Source of the DNA: Nitrospiraceae bacterium
Lineage (GTDB): Bacteria > Nitrospirota > Nitrospiria > Nitrospirales > Nitrospiraceae
Reading direction: 5' to 3'
DNA: 64,000 nucleotides
Assembly (NCBI GenBank): GCA_037442105.1
Contig: JBBIQV010000002.1
Coordinates: forward strand, 62,001 to 126,000
Position 1 is the first letter of the stretch; each line of letters begins with the position of its first letter. The translations under genes and the position numbers were made by a program. The notes beneath the pieces are model-generated. The model was not told where the DNA came from, searched no databases, and saw only the letters and a program-made list of their open reading frames with translations. This document shows positions 10,104 through 19,756 of the stretch, one piece after another.

Positions 10104-11279
10104 TTACCAACCAACCTTCTTTATTCGTTCCACTGCTTCCGCCAATCGTTCCTTAGACGTGCAGACCGTCATGCGGACGTAGCCCTCGCCCGGCGCGCCG
10201 AAGCCGTTGCCCGGCGTGGTCACGATGCCGGCCTTCTCTAGGAGATGCGCGGTAAACGAGGCGGATGTGTAGCCTTTCGGCACGGTCACCCACACGTAGA
10301 ACGCGGCGGGAGGTGGATCGACCTCCAGCCCCAGTTTCTTCAAGCCCGGCACGAGTGCATCGCGGCGCTCCTGATAAATTTTGCGCAAGCCGTCCGTCAC
10401 GGAGTCATCCAGCCCCAGCGCGGTGATGCCGGCCTCTTGAATCGCCTGGAAGCAACCGGAGTCCAGGTTGCTCTTGACCTTGCCGAGCCCTGCCAAGACC
10501 TGCTTGTTTCCGACGGCAAACCCGATGCGCCAGCCGGTCATGTTGTAGGTTTTGGAGAGCGAGTGGAACTCGATGCCCACGTCCTTCGCGCCGTCGACTT
10601 CGAGAAAACTTGCCGGCCGCTTGCCGTCGTAGAAAATGTCCGAGTAGGCCGCGTCGTGGCAAACGATGATCCGGTGTTCCTGTGCAAAGGCGACCACTCG
10701 CGTGAAGTACTCTTTGCCGGCGATCACCGAGGTCGGATTGTTCGGCGAGTTGAGAAACATCAGCTTAGCCTTCTTGGCCACGTCCTTTGGAACGGCGTTG
10801 AGATCGGGCAAGAAGCCATTCTGCTTCGTGAGCGGCATGATGTGGGAGACGCCGCCGGCAAAGCTGGTTCCGACCGGATAGACCGGATAGCCGGGGCTCG
10901 GCACGAGCACGATGTCGCCCGGATCGACAAACGCGAGAGGGATGTGTCCGATCCCCTCTTTCGACCCAATCAAGGTGAGGACTTCCGACGCCGGATCGAG
11001 CGTGACGCTGAAGCGGCGCCGGTACCAATCCGCTACCGCTTTGCGGAACGACAGCATCCCTTCGTAGGACGGATACTGGTGGTTCTTCGGGTCAGCCGCG
11101 GCTTGACTTAAACGATCAATGATCGGTGTCGGCGTCGGCAGATCAGGATCGCCGATGCCGAGGTTGATGATATCGACCCCGCGTGCAATCGCTTTCTGCT
11201 TCATCTCATCGATCGCGGCGAACAGATAGGGAGGAAGCGTCTTGATGCGGGTCGCGTATTCGATCGGAAAACCGGCCAT
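10104..11279 (-). CDS. dapL: LL-diaminopimelate aminotransferase
   Basis: Class I aminotransferase: LPPYLFA, LGIGDPD, GSKEGI, PNNPT, SLSKTYNMTGWRIG. Confidence 0.85.
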   Translation of the reverse strand: MAGFPIEYATRIKTLPPYLFAAIDEMKQKAIARGVDIINLGIGDPDLPTPTPIIDRLSQAAADPKNHQYPSYEGMLSFRKAVADWYRRRFSVTLDPASEVLTLIGSKEGIGHIPLAFVDPGDIVLVPSPGYPVYPVGTSFAGGVSHIMPLTKQNGFLPDLNAVPKDVAKKAKLMFLNSPNNPTSVIAGKEYFTRVVAFAQEHRIIVCHDAAYSDIFYDGKRPASFLEVDGAKDVGIEFHSLSKTYNMTGWRIGFAVGNKQVLAGLGKVKSNLDSGCFQAIQEAGITALGLDDSVTDGLRKIYQERRDALVPGLKKLGLEVDPPPAAFYVWVTVPKGYTSASFTAHLLEKAGIVTTPGNGFGAPGEGYVRMTVCTSKERLAEAVERIKKVGW

Positions 11280-11303
11280 TCGATTGTGCTCCTTTCGTGA
11301 AAT

Positions 11304-11376
11304 AGCTCTCAGCGATCAGCTTTCAGTCCACCCCTCATAGCGGAAGGCTGGCCGCTGACAGCTTGCTGCGAGGCTG
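11304..11376. repeat. Heptamer-unit hairpin, family B (AGCNNTC)
   Basis: agctctc agcgatc agctttc ... gctggcc gctgaca gct; same family at 46305 and 54956. Confidence 0.8.
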
Positions 11377-11405
11377 TTCAGGGTACTTCAGAAATAGTCT
11401 GGCAA

Positions 11406-12092
11406 TCAACGTGGCAAGGTCAGGAGATGTTCGATCAGCCGATCGGCCATCTTGTGCAAAGCGGGGAGGGACTGGGTCGCAGCGGATTGTACTTCCTGCG
11501 CAGTGAGCCGTGCCTTTGTGAGATCCGGCGCACATTCCCTACAGAGGCTGTCGATCCCACTCGCCTCCATTTCCAAGTGGAACAGGAGTCCATAGGCGCG
11601 AGTACCATAGCGGAAGGCTTGGAGCGGTGCGATGTCAGAACCGGCCAGCGGCACACACTCATTGGGCAGATCAAACACCTCGCCATGCCATTCGAACGCG
11701 TCAAATTTCTCGGGGAGCGTGCCGAACACTGGGTCCTTCTTGCCGTCCTCGGTGAGGCGAATCGGTGTCATGCCGATCTCCAGCGCGCGACCTGGCCGAA
11801 CCGTGGCGCCTAATGCTTTAGCCATGAATTGGCTGCCGAGGCAGACGCCGAGCACCGGTTTGCCGGCAAGAAGGGCCGATCGAATGAAGGCCGTCTCCTC
11901 CGCAATCCAGAGATCGGAATCGTTCACCGACATCGGCCCGCCCATGACGATCAGCAGATCGCCGGAATCTTTCGGCAAGCCGTCTTGGTGAACCAAGTAG
12001 CGTTCGAGGTTCACGCCGCGATTGGCCAGCGCCGCCGCAAAAGCGCCAGGACCTTCGAAGGGAACGTGTTGGAGACAAACAGCCTTTGGCAT
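11406..12092 (-). CDS. Type 1 glutamine amidotransferase
   Basis: LQHVPFEGPG, GGPMSV, GVCLGSQ nucleophile, FHLE; start placed at MPKAVCL. Confidence 0.9.
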   Translation of the reverse strand: MPKAVCLQHVPFEGPGAFAAALANRGVNLERYLVHQDGLPKDSGDLLIVMGGPMSVNDSDLWIAEETAFIRSALLAGKPVLGVCLGSQFMAKALGATVRPGRALEIGMTPIRLTEDGKKDPVFGTLPEKFDAFEWHGEVFDLPNECVPLAGSDIAPLQAFRYGTRAYGLLFHLEMEASGIDSLCRECAPDLTKARLTAQEVQSAATQSLPALHKMADRLIEHLLTLPR

Positions 12093-12157
12093 AACGGTGT
12101 TCTTACTGGCTGGGAAGAAAAAGATCGGGCCTAGAATTTCGCCGGAAGGATACATAA

Positions 12158-12471
12158 TAAGACAAAGTTAGGCAACAACCAAAGCGGAGACATGGCCACA
12201 CACATCGAATCAAAGGACATCAAAGCTCTGCGCGTTATCCCATACCAAGATCTTCGCACCAAGCTGAAATCCGGTGACTTGCTTTTTGCTTCCAGAGACT
12301 ATCTGGTCTCCAAAGTCATTCAGAAAATAACTGACTCGCCGTGGAGTCATGTCGGTCTTGCCTTCAGGCTCGACAGTATCGATCGAGTGCTCCTCTTGGA
12401 GAGCGTTGAAGACATGGTTGCGCGCCGCCTAACCATGCATTGGTACCGGCGGCGCGCAGCGAAGGTTAGAC
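12158..12471 (+). mobile_element. Degenerate integron-type gene cassette remnant (attI/attC-like core sites, no intI)
   Basis: TAAGACAAA-GTTAGGC (core 12167-12173) before the ORF, complementary GCCTAAC at 12427-12433, then GTTAGAC at 12465-12471; segment is visibly more AT-rich than its flanks. Confidence 0.5.
12192..12418 (+). pseudogene. Truncated permuted papain-like amidase (YiiX/YebB-like NlpC/P60) N-terminal fragment
   Basis: LKSGDLLF...VSKVIQKITDSPWSHVG...LLLESVE matches the family N-terminus; similarity stops after ESVEDM and the catalytic-Cys half is absent. Confidence 0.65.
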
Positions 12472-12855
12472 GACCTCAATCAGGAGGTTGGTCAGATGTT
12501 CCATACCTAGGCAATCCAAGATGCAATAGACGCGATAGCTGGTTCTGCCGTGTTCGCCCGCTCGAAACGAGAGGCTTGCTTGCCTGTTCAACACCCAAAT
12601 CTTGTCTTCCGGCATCCGTGCCCCGTTTTCGGCTCTTTTTCCTCGCGCTGTGCAAGGCACTGTCATCTTGTTCTCACCCTCTCGGTTCACGTCGCTCGTC
12701 TCCGTAGGAAGCCACGGCTGCCCGGTCTGCATAGCCGAGTCCTCCGCCGAAGGCTCCGTCCCCCGCAGGCGGAGGCGGCTAAGGCCGTGGGGCTCCACAC
12801 GATCCCGCTGAGGGCTTCTAGCGGTTTGCTTCCCTGCTGCGCTAGAATCTCTCCC

Positions 12856-13677
12856 ATGCAACACCACATCAAGAGTGCCGAAGATCTCTCCTGGCTGCTC
12901 ACTCATACAGGAAGTTTTCGCGGCGGCTACGTTACGGATGTGCATGTGGAGAAGCGGCGGTTGTTGGATGAAGAAACGGGCCGGGAAATTCTGACGGACA
13001 CCACCGTCACGGTCATGATCCGCTACCGGGTCCGTGGGATGGCGCGTGTGGCAAAACTAGCAATGAGCGGCGTGACGGATTTCTCCATCTTTGAGCAAGA
13101 AGGGGCCGATTGCTCATCGCTCGGGGTCATTCATGCTGAAGCCGCGGCCGGCCGTCTTCGGTTCTGGTTCGATCCGCAAGGAGAGCTGTACGTCGTGTGT
13201 GAGGAGGCCGACTTTGAAGAAGTCTCCACGCCGCTTGCCAGCAAGGCGCCGGCGCGATGTCCGGCTCAATGGATTTTTCAGGCGGGGGAGGGGCGAGGAC
13301 CGACCGTGTCCTGGATGCTGAAACAGTTGGACCAAGCCGGTGTTCCTTGTGCCTGGTGCGTGGCCGAGCTCAACAAGCAGTCGCACCGGGCGCTTCGCTT
13401 CGAAGGCGATCTCGTGCCTGCGTCGGAGCAAGAGAAGGCGCAACCACGTGGTCTGCGCGTTCAAGTGTATGGGCCGTTCGATGGGGCGGCCTTCAGGGTT
13501 GTTCTGCAGACGGCTCCGCGCAATGACGGTTGGGGAAGACAGGTGATCACGGTTCTGGCAGATGCGATCGCGCGGAGATTTTCCGGAAGCTGCTTGGTGG
13601 GGGATACGATCATCCCCGCGGCTGACTGGTCGAATTGGAAGAATGGCGACGCGAAACGACTGGACCGAATAGTTTAA
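12856..13677 (+). CDS. Hypothetical protein
   Basis: Protein-like sequence from MQHHIKSAEDL; the upstream extension to 12550 looks non-coding. Confidence 0.7.
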   Translation: MQHHIKSAEDLSWLLTHTGSFRGGYVTDVHVEKRRLLDEETGREILTDTTVTVMIRYRVRGMARVAKLAMSGVTDFSIFEQEGADCSSLGVIHAEAAAGRLRFWFDPQGELYVVCEEADFEEVSTPLASKAPARCPAQWIFQAGEGRGPTVSWMLKQLDQAGVPCAWCVAELNKQSHRALRFEGDLVPASEQEKAQPRGLRVQVYGPFDGAAFRVVLQTAPRNDGWGRQVITVLADAIARRFSGSCLVGDTIIPAADWSNWKNGDAKRLDRIV

Positions 13678-13705
13678 AATTGGTTGGATTGGAACGAAAC
13701 GTGTT

Positions 13706-14437
13706 CTAGCTGTAGTGGCCGTTTCCCTTCCCGTTCCCGTTTGTGCAGCCTGCTCCCCCGTGGCTGTTCGTGTGTCCCTTCCCGTTTACGTTCGGGGTTC
13801 CGTTCATCTTTCCACTGCCGTTTTTTCGGTTGACGCATTCCACGAGATGCCAGAATCGCAGCGGATTCACCTTCTCCTTCCGGGCGACATGCAGGGTCGT
13901 CCCTTCGAGAACCGTGTTCAACGAGAGATCCGTCCGCCAACCGAGGTGTTTGGTCAGAGGGGAGATGACTTTTTCGACCGCCGCGATAAGTTTGTTGCCG
14001 TTACTGAAATGGTTCAGCATGACGATGCGGCCACCGGGCCGGCAGACGCGAATCATCTCGTTGACCACTTTCCGGTAGTCCGGGACAGCCGTTACGACGT
14101 AGGCCGCGACCACCATGTCGAAACTGTCGTCGGCAAATTCCATTGCACCGGCGTCCATTTTGAAGAGTTGCACGTGGGTCAGATGATGGAGCGAGGTTCG
14201 CTTCTTGGCTTTCTGCAGCATGCCCTCCGACAAATCGATCCCCACAATCTGACAATGTCGAGGGTACATGGGGAGGGCGAGCCCGGTCCCAACCCCGACT
14301 TCCAGGACTCGCTCGTTGGGCTGCACGTTCAGGTTGCGGATGGCCGACTCGCGCCCTTCGTGGAACACTTTTCCGAAAATCTGATCGTAGACCCCGGCGT
14401 ACGACGTGTAGACCCGCTCGATTTTCTGTAAATCCAT
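13706..14437 (-). CDS. pmtA: SAM-dependent phospholipid (phosphatidylethanolamine) N-methyltransferase
   Basis: VLEVGVGTG, GIDLSEGML, VPD...EMIRVCRPGG, NHF; GGAGGAG Shine-Dalgarno before ATG 14437. Confidence 0.8.
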   Translation of the reverse strand: MDLQKIERVYTSYAGVYDQIFGKVFHEGRESAIRNLNVQPNERVLEVGVGTGLALPMYPRHCQIVGIDLSEGMLQKAKKRTSLHHLTHVQLFKMDAGAMEFADDSFDMVVAAYVVTAVPDYRKVVNEMIRVCRPGGRIVMLNHFSNGNKLIAAVEKVISPLTKHLGWRTDLSLNTVLEGTTLHVARKEKVNPLRFWHLVECVNRKNGSGKMNGTPNVNGKGHTNSHGGAGCTNGNGKGNGHYS

Positions 14438-14585
14438 GTCTCCTCCGCACCCCACGCATTCCGGTTCTCGCGCACCCCGGAAGTGCAGGGATGGCCGGCG
14501 CCGCTGTGAATCGTGGGGAAGATCCAAAAAGGCGGGGAACCTGACTTGATGGAACAACGGGCCCGCCCGAACACGAAACGGCTCT

Positions 14586-14614
14586 AATCTAGCCAAGTTG
14601 CGGGGGCGAGTCAA
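14586..14614 (-). promoter_or_regulatory. sigma70-type promoter for pmtA
   Basis: Minus strand TTGACT-N17-TAGATT. Confidence 0.55.
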
Positions 14615-14687
14615 CAGTCTCGTGCAAGGGGCTGGCTTCGTCCGTAGGGGGGAGACCGTGCGCACTTGATGCTGCCGATCCGGCTAT

Positions 14688-15332
14688 GTGATGATGGCCG
14701 CCGATATGGTCCCCGCAGGAATATTCGCGGCATGCCTTTTTCTTGGGCTGATCATCGGAGACTGGGTCGTCTTCGGCAGGCTCACGGCGGAAGCCAGCCG
14801 ATACGGCTGCGTGGTCGCGCGGATTCAGGATCAAGCCCTGCATCTGACTCTACCGCGCCTGACTGAACTGTTTGACCGGAGCGGGCTTCTCGCATTGCCG
14901 CATGGCGTGGCGCGGCTCTTCCCCGAAGCGCGGCGCATTCTCATTCGCCCCCAATATCGTCTCTTCTCAATGCGGTTTCGGACGGCTTGGCCGATTAAGG
15001 GCTCGATCGATCTGACCCAAGACGGTGAAGCCGTGAAGCTTCGGTGTTTGAAACGCATCCCCTGGTCTTCGGCGATCATCACCTTCATGTGGTTTTTGCT
15101 CGTCAGCCTGGGCACCGCGGCGTTTGTGGTGATCTACCTGCTGCAAGGCGGGGCGTCCACACTCAGCGGGGTGCTGATGGGGGCCGGGATTGCCGGCATC
15201 GGGCTGCTGGTGCTCGCCTTCGGAGTGGTGACGGTGACGATGGCCTATCGGTTAGAGAGCAGCCGCCTCAGTCAGGTCTATCAGGAGTTCCGTGCCGCGC
15301 TCGATGGGGGGAGCTTACCGAGCAAGTCTTAG
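14688..15332 (+). CDS. Hypothetical membrane protein
   Basis: One N-terminal and two C-terminal hydrophobic helices. Confidence 0.7.
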   Translation: MMMAADMVPAGIFAACLFLGLIIGDWVVFGRLTAEASRYGCVVARIQDQALHLTLPRLTELFDRSGLLALPHGVARLFPEARRILIRPQYRLFSMRFRTAWPIKGSIDLTQDGEAVKLRCLKRIPWSSAIITFMWFLLVSLGTAAFVVIYLLQGGASTLSGVLMGAGIAGIGLLVLAFGVVTVTMAYRLESSRLSQVYQEFRAALDGGSLPSKS

Positions 15333-15682
15333 CTCACAAAGGTGTTCAGGATCGCGGCATACTCAGGTGGGAGGTTCAATGCCTGATGATTCTTCGCCAA
15401 GCCGGCGATAATGCCACGATGTTTCTGATTGAGGCCCGACGCGATGATCGCGTCACGATACGCTTCCCAGCGTGAGGTGGGATCGGCGGCGATGCGGTCT
15501 CGCTCAGGAACGGGGAGGGCCTTCAATCGGTTGGTCAAGTGGAGAATCGCCCTCTCCACGCTATGGTACGGTGGCGCCAACTTGAGCGTGGCGTAGAAAA
15601 CGTCCAGATGCCGGCGGAACTCCTCCCGCATGAAGTGCAGCGTGTCAGGATGCGGTGGAGTAGGGCGGGTGGGCTCGTTCAT
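15329..15682 (-). CDS. Hypothetical protein
   Basis: 117 aa ORF starting 3 nt after the histidine phosphatase stop. Confidence 0.7.
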   Translation of the reverse strand: MNEPTRPTPPHPDTLHFMREEFRRHLDVFYATLKLAPPYHSVERAILHLTNRLKALPVPERDRIAADPTSRWEAYRDAIIASGLNQKHRGIIAGLAKNHQALNLPPEYAAILNTFVS

Positions 15683-15685
15683 GGT

Positions 15686-16294
15686 TTATGGAAGTTTGGC
15701 TAATCCCGTTGTGTGGTTCAGGCAGAGGAGATCCGCTCCTTCGGCGGTGAGGTTCAGAGCCGTGACCGAGGCGTGGTCGATCTGCGCGTGACGCAGCGTG
15801 AGGAAGTCGGTGTGAAGATAGTGGGCAATGATCGTCCGGATCACGTCGGCATGTGACACGAACAGCAACGAACCGTTGTGGTTCGTTGCAAGCGTTTCCC
15901 TGACCGCGGCAACAGCCCGCTGCTGGATCTCGTTGAGCGTTTCTCCTCCCGGCGGCCTCGCCTCATGAGGCTTGGTGTAAAAGTTGTGCCTGGCGGGATC
16001 GTCCGCCAGCTCTCTCCAGTAGCGGTTGACCCATTCGCCGACGCCGATCTCTCGGAGCCCCGCCGCATGAATCAGCGGACACTTGAGAGTGTCTGCCAGC
16101 GCCTCGGCCGTCTGCACGGCGCGGAGCACGGGGCTTGTGACGATGGCGCGGATGGGTCGGCCCTTCAAAGCCACAGCCAGTTGCCGGGCCTGGCGCTGGC
16201 CGTTGGCGTTCAGAGGAACAGGCTGGTCTCCCATAATCTGGCCGCTAAGGTTCCAGTCCGTCTCGCCATGTCTGACCAGCAAGATGGTATGCAT
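15686..16294 (-). CDS. Histidine phosphatase (phosphoglycerate mutase family)
   Basis: LVRHGETDWN, SPVLRAVQTA, LREIGVG, VSHAD. Confidence 0.9.
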   Translation of the reverse strand: MHTILLVRHGETDWNLSGQIMGDQPVPLNANGQRQARQLAVALKGRPIRAIVTSPVLRAVQTAEALADTLKCPLIHAAGLREIGVGEWVNRYWRELADDPARHNFYTKPHEARPPGGETLNEIQQRAVAAVRETLATNHNGSLLFVSHADVIRTIIAHYLHTDFLTLRHAQIDHASVTALNLTAEGADLLCLNHTTGLAKLP

Positions 16295-16318
16295 CAATAA
16301 TTATTCTACCGCAGATTC

Positions 16319-17362
16319 CTACGATGCAGCCTGCGTTGGTGTCATCGCCGTCAATGGCATGGGGGTCCAGTTCTCTCCACCATCCGTCGACCGGTACAGC
16401 CCACTGCCGTTTGTGCCGGCGTAGAGTACTCGTGAGTCGCGCTGGCTCATTGCAATGGTCCGGATGTTCAATGTCGCCAATCCTTTGTTCATCGCTTGCC
16501 AGGTCCGTCCGCCGTCCGAACTCTTCTGAATCCCCGCCCGCCCGCCCACATACAGCACATTGGTCTGGGTGGGATGGATCGCCATGCTGCTGATGAATTG
16601 ATCGGGAAGGGACTGCCCGATCCGTTCCCAGGACTGCGCCTGATTCGTGGTCTTGTACAGGCCTTTCGTCGTGCCGGCGTACACCACGCTCGGGTTGGCT
16701 GGATCGATCACCAAGGTATTCACTCCCAACGCCAGCGAGGCCTCCAGAATCTCCGTTGGGATCAGGCCATCGTTGACTTTCTTCCAGGTCAGTGCGCCGT
16801 CGTCGCTCCGATAGGCGCCCCCTGTCGTGCCGGCATAGAGAATGTGCGGGTTCTTCGGATTGATAGCGAGCGTGACGACAATGTGCACTTCCTTCATGCC
16901 TGCCATCCGTTCTTCCCACTCGCGCCCAGCATCTTTCGTAAAAAAGGTGCCCACCGTCGTAGCAATGTAGATCATTTCGGCCTGCGTTGGGTGAAAGACG
17001 AATTGGTTGACGTAGGACACGTGTTCCTTCAGCCCGACATTATGGGGCAGCCAGTGCTGGCCGCCGTCGGGACTCTTATAGACCGCGTCGCCCATGGTGC
17101 CGGCGTAGATTGTGGCCGGCAATTGCGGGTCGATCGCGAGAGTGGTGACCCGCCGGGCACTGAAACTCGGGAACCGCTCCCACGTCCCGCCCGTATCGCG
17201 CGATTTATACACGGCGTCGTTGGTGGCGACGTAGAGAATGTTCGCATTCGTCGGATGGAGCGCGATCGACACGATCGCCTCGCTGTCCTTCTGGCAGCCG
17301 AGACAGAACAATGCGAGCGGTAAAAAGGCGAGTCGGGCGAGGTGAGCGGCGGTTTTCAGCAT
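16319..17362 (-). CDS. BNR/Asp-box beta-propeller lipoprotein
   Basis: Repeated S-x-D-G-G-x-x-W Asp boxes; lipobox LFCLGC. Confidence 0.85.
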   Translation of the reverse strand: MLKTAAHLARLAFLPLALFCLGCQKDSEAIVSIALHPTNANILYVATNDAVYKSRDTGGTWERFPSFSARRVTTLAIDPQLPATIYAGTMGDAVYKSPDGGQHWLPHNVGLKEHVSYVNQFVFHPTQAEMIYIATTVGTFFTKDAGREWEERMAGMKEVHIVVTLAINPKNPHILYAGTTGGAYRSDDGALTWKKVNDGLIPTEILEASLALGVNTLVIDPANPSVVYAGTTKGLYKTTNQAQSWERIGQSLPDQFISSMAIHPTQTNVLYVGGRAGIQKSSDGGRTWQAMNKGLATLNIRTIAMSQRDSRVLYAGTNGSGLYRSTDGGENWTPMPLTAMTPTQAAS

Positions 17363-17473
17363 GGGCGTGGTGGCGAGAGACCTAACCACAGTGGCTGGAA
17401 GCGAGTCAAGGTAGGTGAGGCTAGTGGGCAGGAGAAAGCCGTGATTTTTGCGACCTCGAAGATAAAAGATCAC

Positions 17474-18625
17474 TTAGTGCGGGCAGGTTGCGCCGAAGTT
17501 CAGATCGGTCCGCTCCCAAAATTTCTTGCCGAGCGCCGTTTCCAGTGTCTTGAGGCGATCGAGCGGCTTGGCATGGTCCCGCAGCGAGTCCTGATAGCGC
17601 TGAATGTCCGGAGCGACCTTTTTTCTCCAGGCCTTTTCATCCTCTTCCATCCGGAGCATCGCCTCGTGAATGCCGTTCGGGGACGCGCCGGCCTCCAGCG
17701 CCTGCTGGGCACCCAGCAGATCGGCGGCTTCTTCTTGCCGCTGTTCCCAGGGACCCGTCCGCATCTTCAGCAACGCATCTTCGGCCCTCCACCCGAGCGC
17801 AGCCGATCCTTCCCGGCCTAGATCTTTGTGGAGTCGCTGCGTGTCTTGCTCGCGTCCTAGGATGGTCTCGCTGAAATGCCCCAGTTGCACATGCGCGAGT
17901 TCATGGCCGGCCACGAATAAGAGTTCGGACTCTGAGGGATTTTTGTCGAGATAGCTTTTGTCAAAATAGATTCCCGTCGCCGTGGCAAACGCGCCGTGCT
18001 CGCTCTCCTGTGCCAGCACTCTCACCTGAACCGGCACATCGGGTCGTGTGGAGAGCGTCTGCAGACGCTTGACCAAGGCGGTCAGCCGTTGCATCAGGGC
18101 AGGATCCGTGACGAAGCCGTATTCCTCTCCGAGAAGCCCATCGAGGTAGCGGCTTTCGTCTTCGCCGTCCGCGCGCCAATCCTTGTACTGGCGTGGCACG
18201 TCGGCAAGAGACGAGCTCTTGGAAACGCCGCCCTGATCGGGCGTGAGATACTGCAGCGCCCGGACGGTCATATCGATTCGACGGTCGGCCAGCGCGAGGC
18301 GCTCGTCGATTTTGGCCAGGGCCTCGCGTGCCGTCGCCAGCGCCCGATCTGCCTTTTCATGTGCCACGTAATGTTTCGGCTGATCGGTTAAAGAACCGAT
18401 AAATGTTTCGATGTCGGCGATCTTTTTCTGGATTTTGTGTTTTTCCGCCAGTGCCGCATCCTTCTCTGCCTGTTGGCAGGCGAGCATCCGTTCCAGCTTT
18501 GCGCGCGTGGTCGTCGCAGCAGCCGGCATCGGTTCAGCCGCCCAGCTTGCGCCGGTGGAGAGGAGGCCGATGAGGATAGACACAGCCAGAAGAGGCCAAC
18601 GGTGACGAACGCGATGGGCAATCAT
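17474..18625 (-). CDS. Secreted M48-family zinc metallopeptidase with N-terminal coiled coil
   Basis: Signal peptide; GHELAHVQLGH and EEAAD motifs. Confidence 0.82.
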   Translation of the reverse strand: MIAHRVRHRWPLLAVSILIGLLSTGASWAAEPMPAAATTTRAKLERMLACQQAEKDAALAEKHKIQKKIADIETFIGSLTDQPKHYVAHEKADRALATAREALAKIDERLALADRRIDMTVRALQYLTPDQGGVSKSSSLADVPRQYKDWRADGEDESRYLDGLLGEEYGFVTDPALMQRLTALVKRLQTLSTRPDVPVQVRVLAQESEHGAFATATGIYFDKSYLDKNPSESELLFVAGHELAHVQLGHFSETILGREQDTQRLHKDLGREGSAALGWRAEDALLKMRTGPWEQRQEEAADLLGAQQALEAGASPNGIHEAMLRMEEDEKAWRKKVAPDIQRYQDSLRDHAKPLDRLKTLETALGKKFWERTDLNFGATCPH

Positions 18626-18632
18626 GGGGCGC

Positions 18633-19631
18633 CTATTTAGTTTGCACTTGTTCGGATTGAGCCAAGCTCTTCTCGGCCTTGGCCCGTTCCTTCTCCGTCC
18701 GGTCGAGGTCGAGCTTGGCCTGTTTGAGATCCTGCTTCGCTTGGTCCAGGTCTTGGGTCGCTTTCCGGTCCAGGTCCGTCGCTTGATTCAGGAGTTTTTC
18801 CGCTTGAGCCAGCTTGTCGTCCGCTTCTTGCTTCGCCGGTTGATCCTTCGGGATCGAGGCCGCCTGCCGCTGTTGCTCCTGATATTTCTTCTCCGCTTCT
18901 TTCTTGATTCGTTCGGCCAGCTTCTTTTCCTCTTCCAGTTGCTGGCGGCGCAGGTCCGCTTGAGCCGCCTTATCAGCTGCCTGATAGTAGTCCTGCCACA
19001 CTTTGTCCAGTATGGCAGGATCGACCGGCTTGGCTTGCGGCGTCGGAGGCGGCTCGGTCATTTTGAGCGACAGTCCGGCGGATTCCCTGCCCTCGGTAAT
19101 CGTGACGTGCTGCTCCTTGTTGCCGAAATAGGTGTCGCCGATCTTGAGATCGAGCGAGTGCGCGCCCATTCCCTTCAAGCCCAATTCCGTGTGGCCGAGC
19201 CCTCCCTTCAGGCTGCTCAGCAACTTCTGGTGCCGCGCTTCCAATTGCCGCATGCGTTCCTGCTCTTCGGCTTGAAAGCGCGCCATCTCCTCCGCCGCCC
19301 GTTCCATTTCTTGCTGGCGTGCTTGAGCCCGGTTGGCTTCTTGTTCCCTGAGCGAGTCAGCGAACGCGGCCCCCAAGGCGGAGGCCAGGCCGAGCATCTG
19401 CTGGTTTGCACTCGATCCTCTGCCGGAGTAACCGGATAGTCCGCCGCCAGACCCTCCACCACTCTGAGGCTTGCACGTCGCTCCAAAGCCGGGGATACCG
19501 CCCTGCGCGCGACACTGCGCGGCGAATTCCTCGTAATTCCGGCAACAGGCGAGTGCCGATGAGGAGAGGAATGCCGAAAGCGCGAGGCAGATGACGAACC
19601 CGGTCCTGACCGATCTATACCGTGAACGCAT
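18633..19631 (-). CDS. Secreted hypothetical protein (4-Cys N-terminal module, Gly/Ser linker, coiled coils)
   Basis: Signal peptide ending ALA, CC-x8-C-x12-C module, E/K/Q/A-rich helices; SD GAGGGAG. Confidence 0.75.
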   Translation of the reverse strand: MRSRYRSVRTGFVICLALSAFLSSSALACCRNYEEFAAQCRAQGGIPGFGATCKPQSGGGSGGGLSGYSGRGSSANQQMLGLASALGAAFADSLREQEANRAQARQQEMERAAEEMARFQAEEQERMRQLEARHQKLLSSLKGGLGHTELGLKGMGAHSLDLKIGDTYFGNKEQHVTITEGRESAGLSLKMTEPPPTPQAKPVDPAILDKVWQDYYQAADKAAQADLRRQQLEEEKKLAERIKKEAEKKYQEQQRQAASIPKDQPAKQEADDKLAQAEKLLNQATDLDRKATQDLDQAKQDLKQAKLDLDRTEKERAKAEKSLAQSEQVQTK

Positions 19632-19756
19632 GGCTCCCTCCTTCTTCGTCCCCCATGTGCGATCGTTTCCGAGCTAACGGACATCAAGCCCGTGGTTTTC
19701 GCAGCGCCGGCGAAGATTCATTGTCGCAACGTTTCCTCTCTGCGTGAGCATTCGCA

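Noticed and set aside
12466..12945. Minus-strand 159-aa ORF and the 12550-12855 extension of the plus-strand ORF
   Set aside because: No recognisable motifs, low-complexity composition, and overlap with the cassette remnant and the likely real start at 12856.
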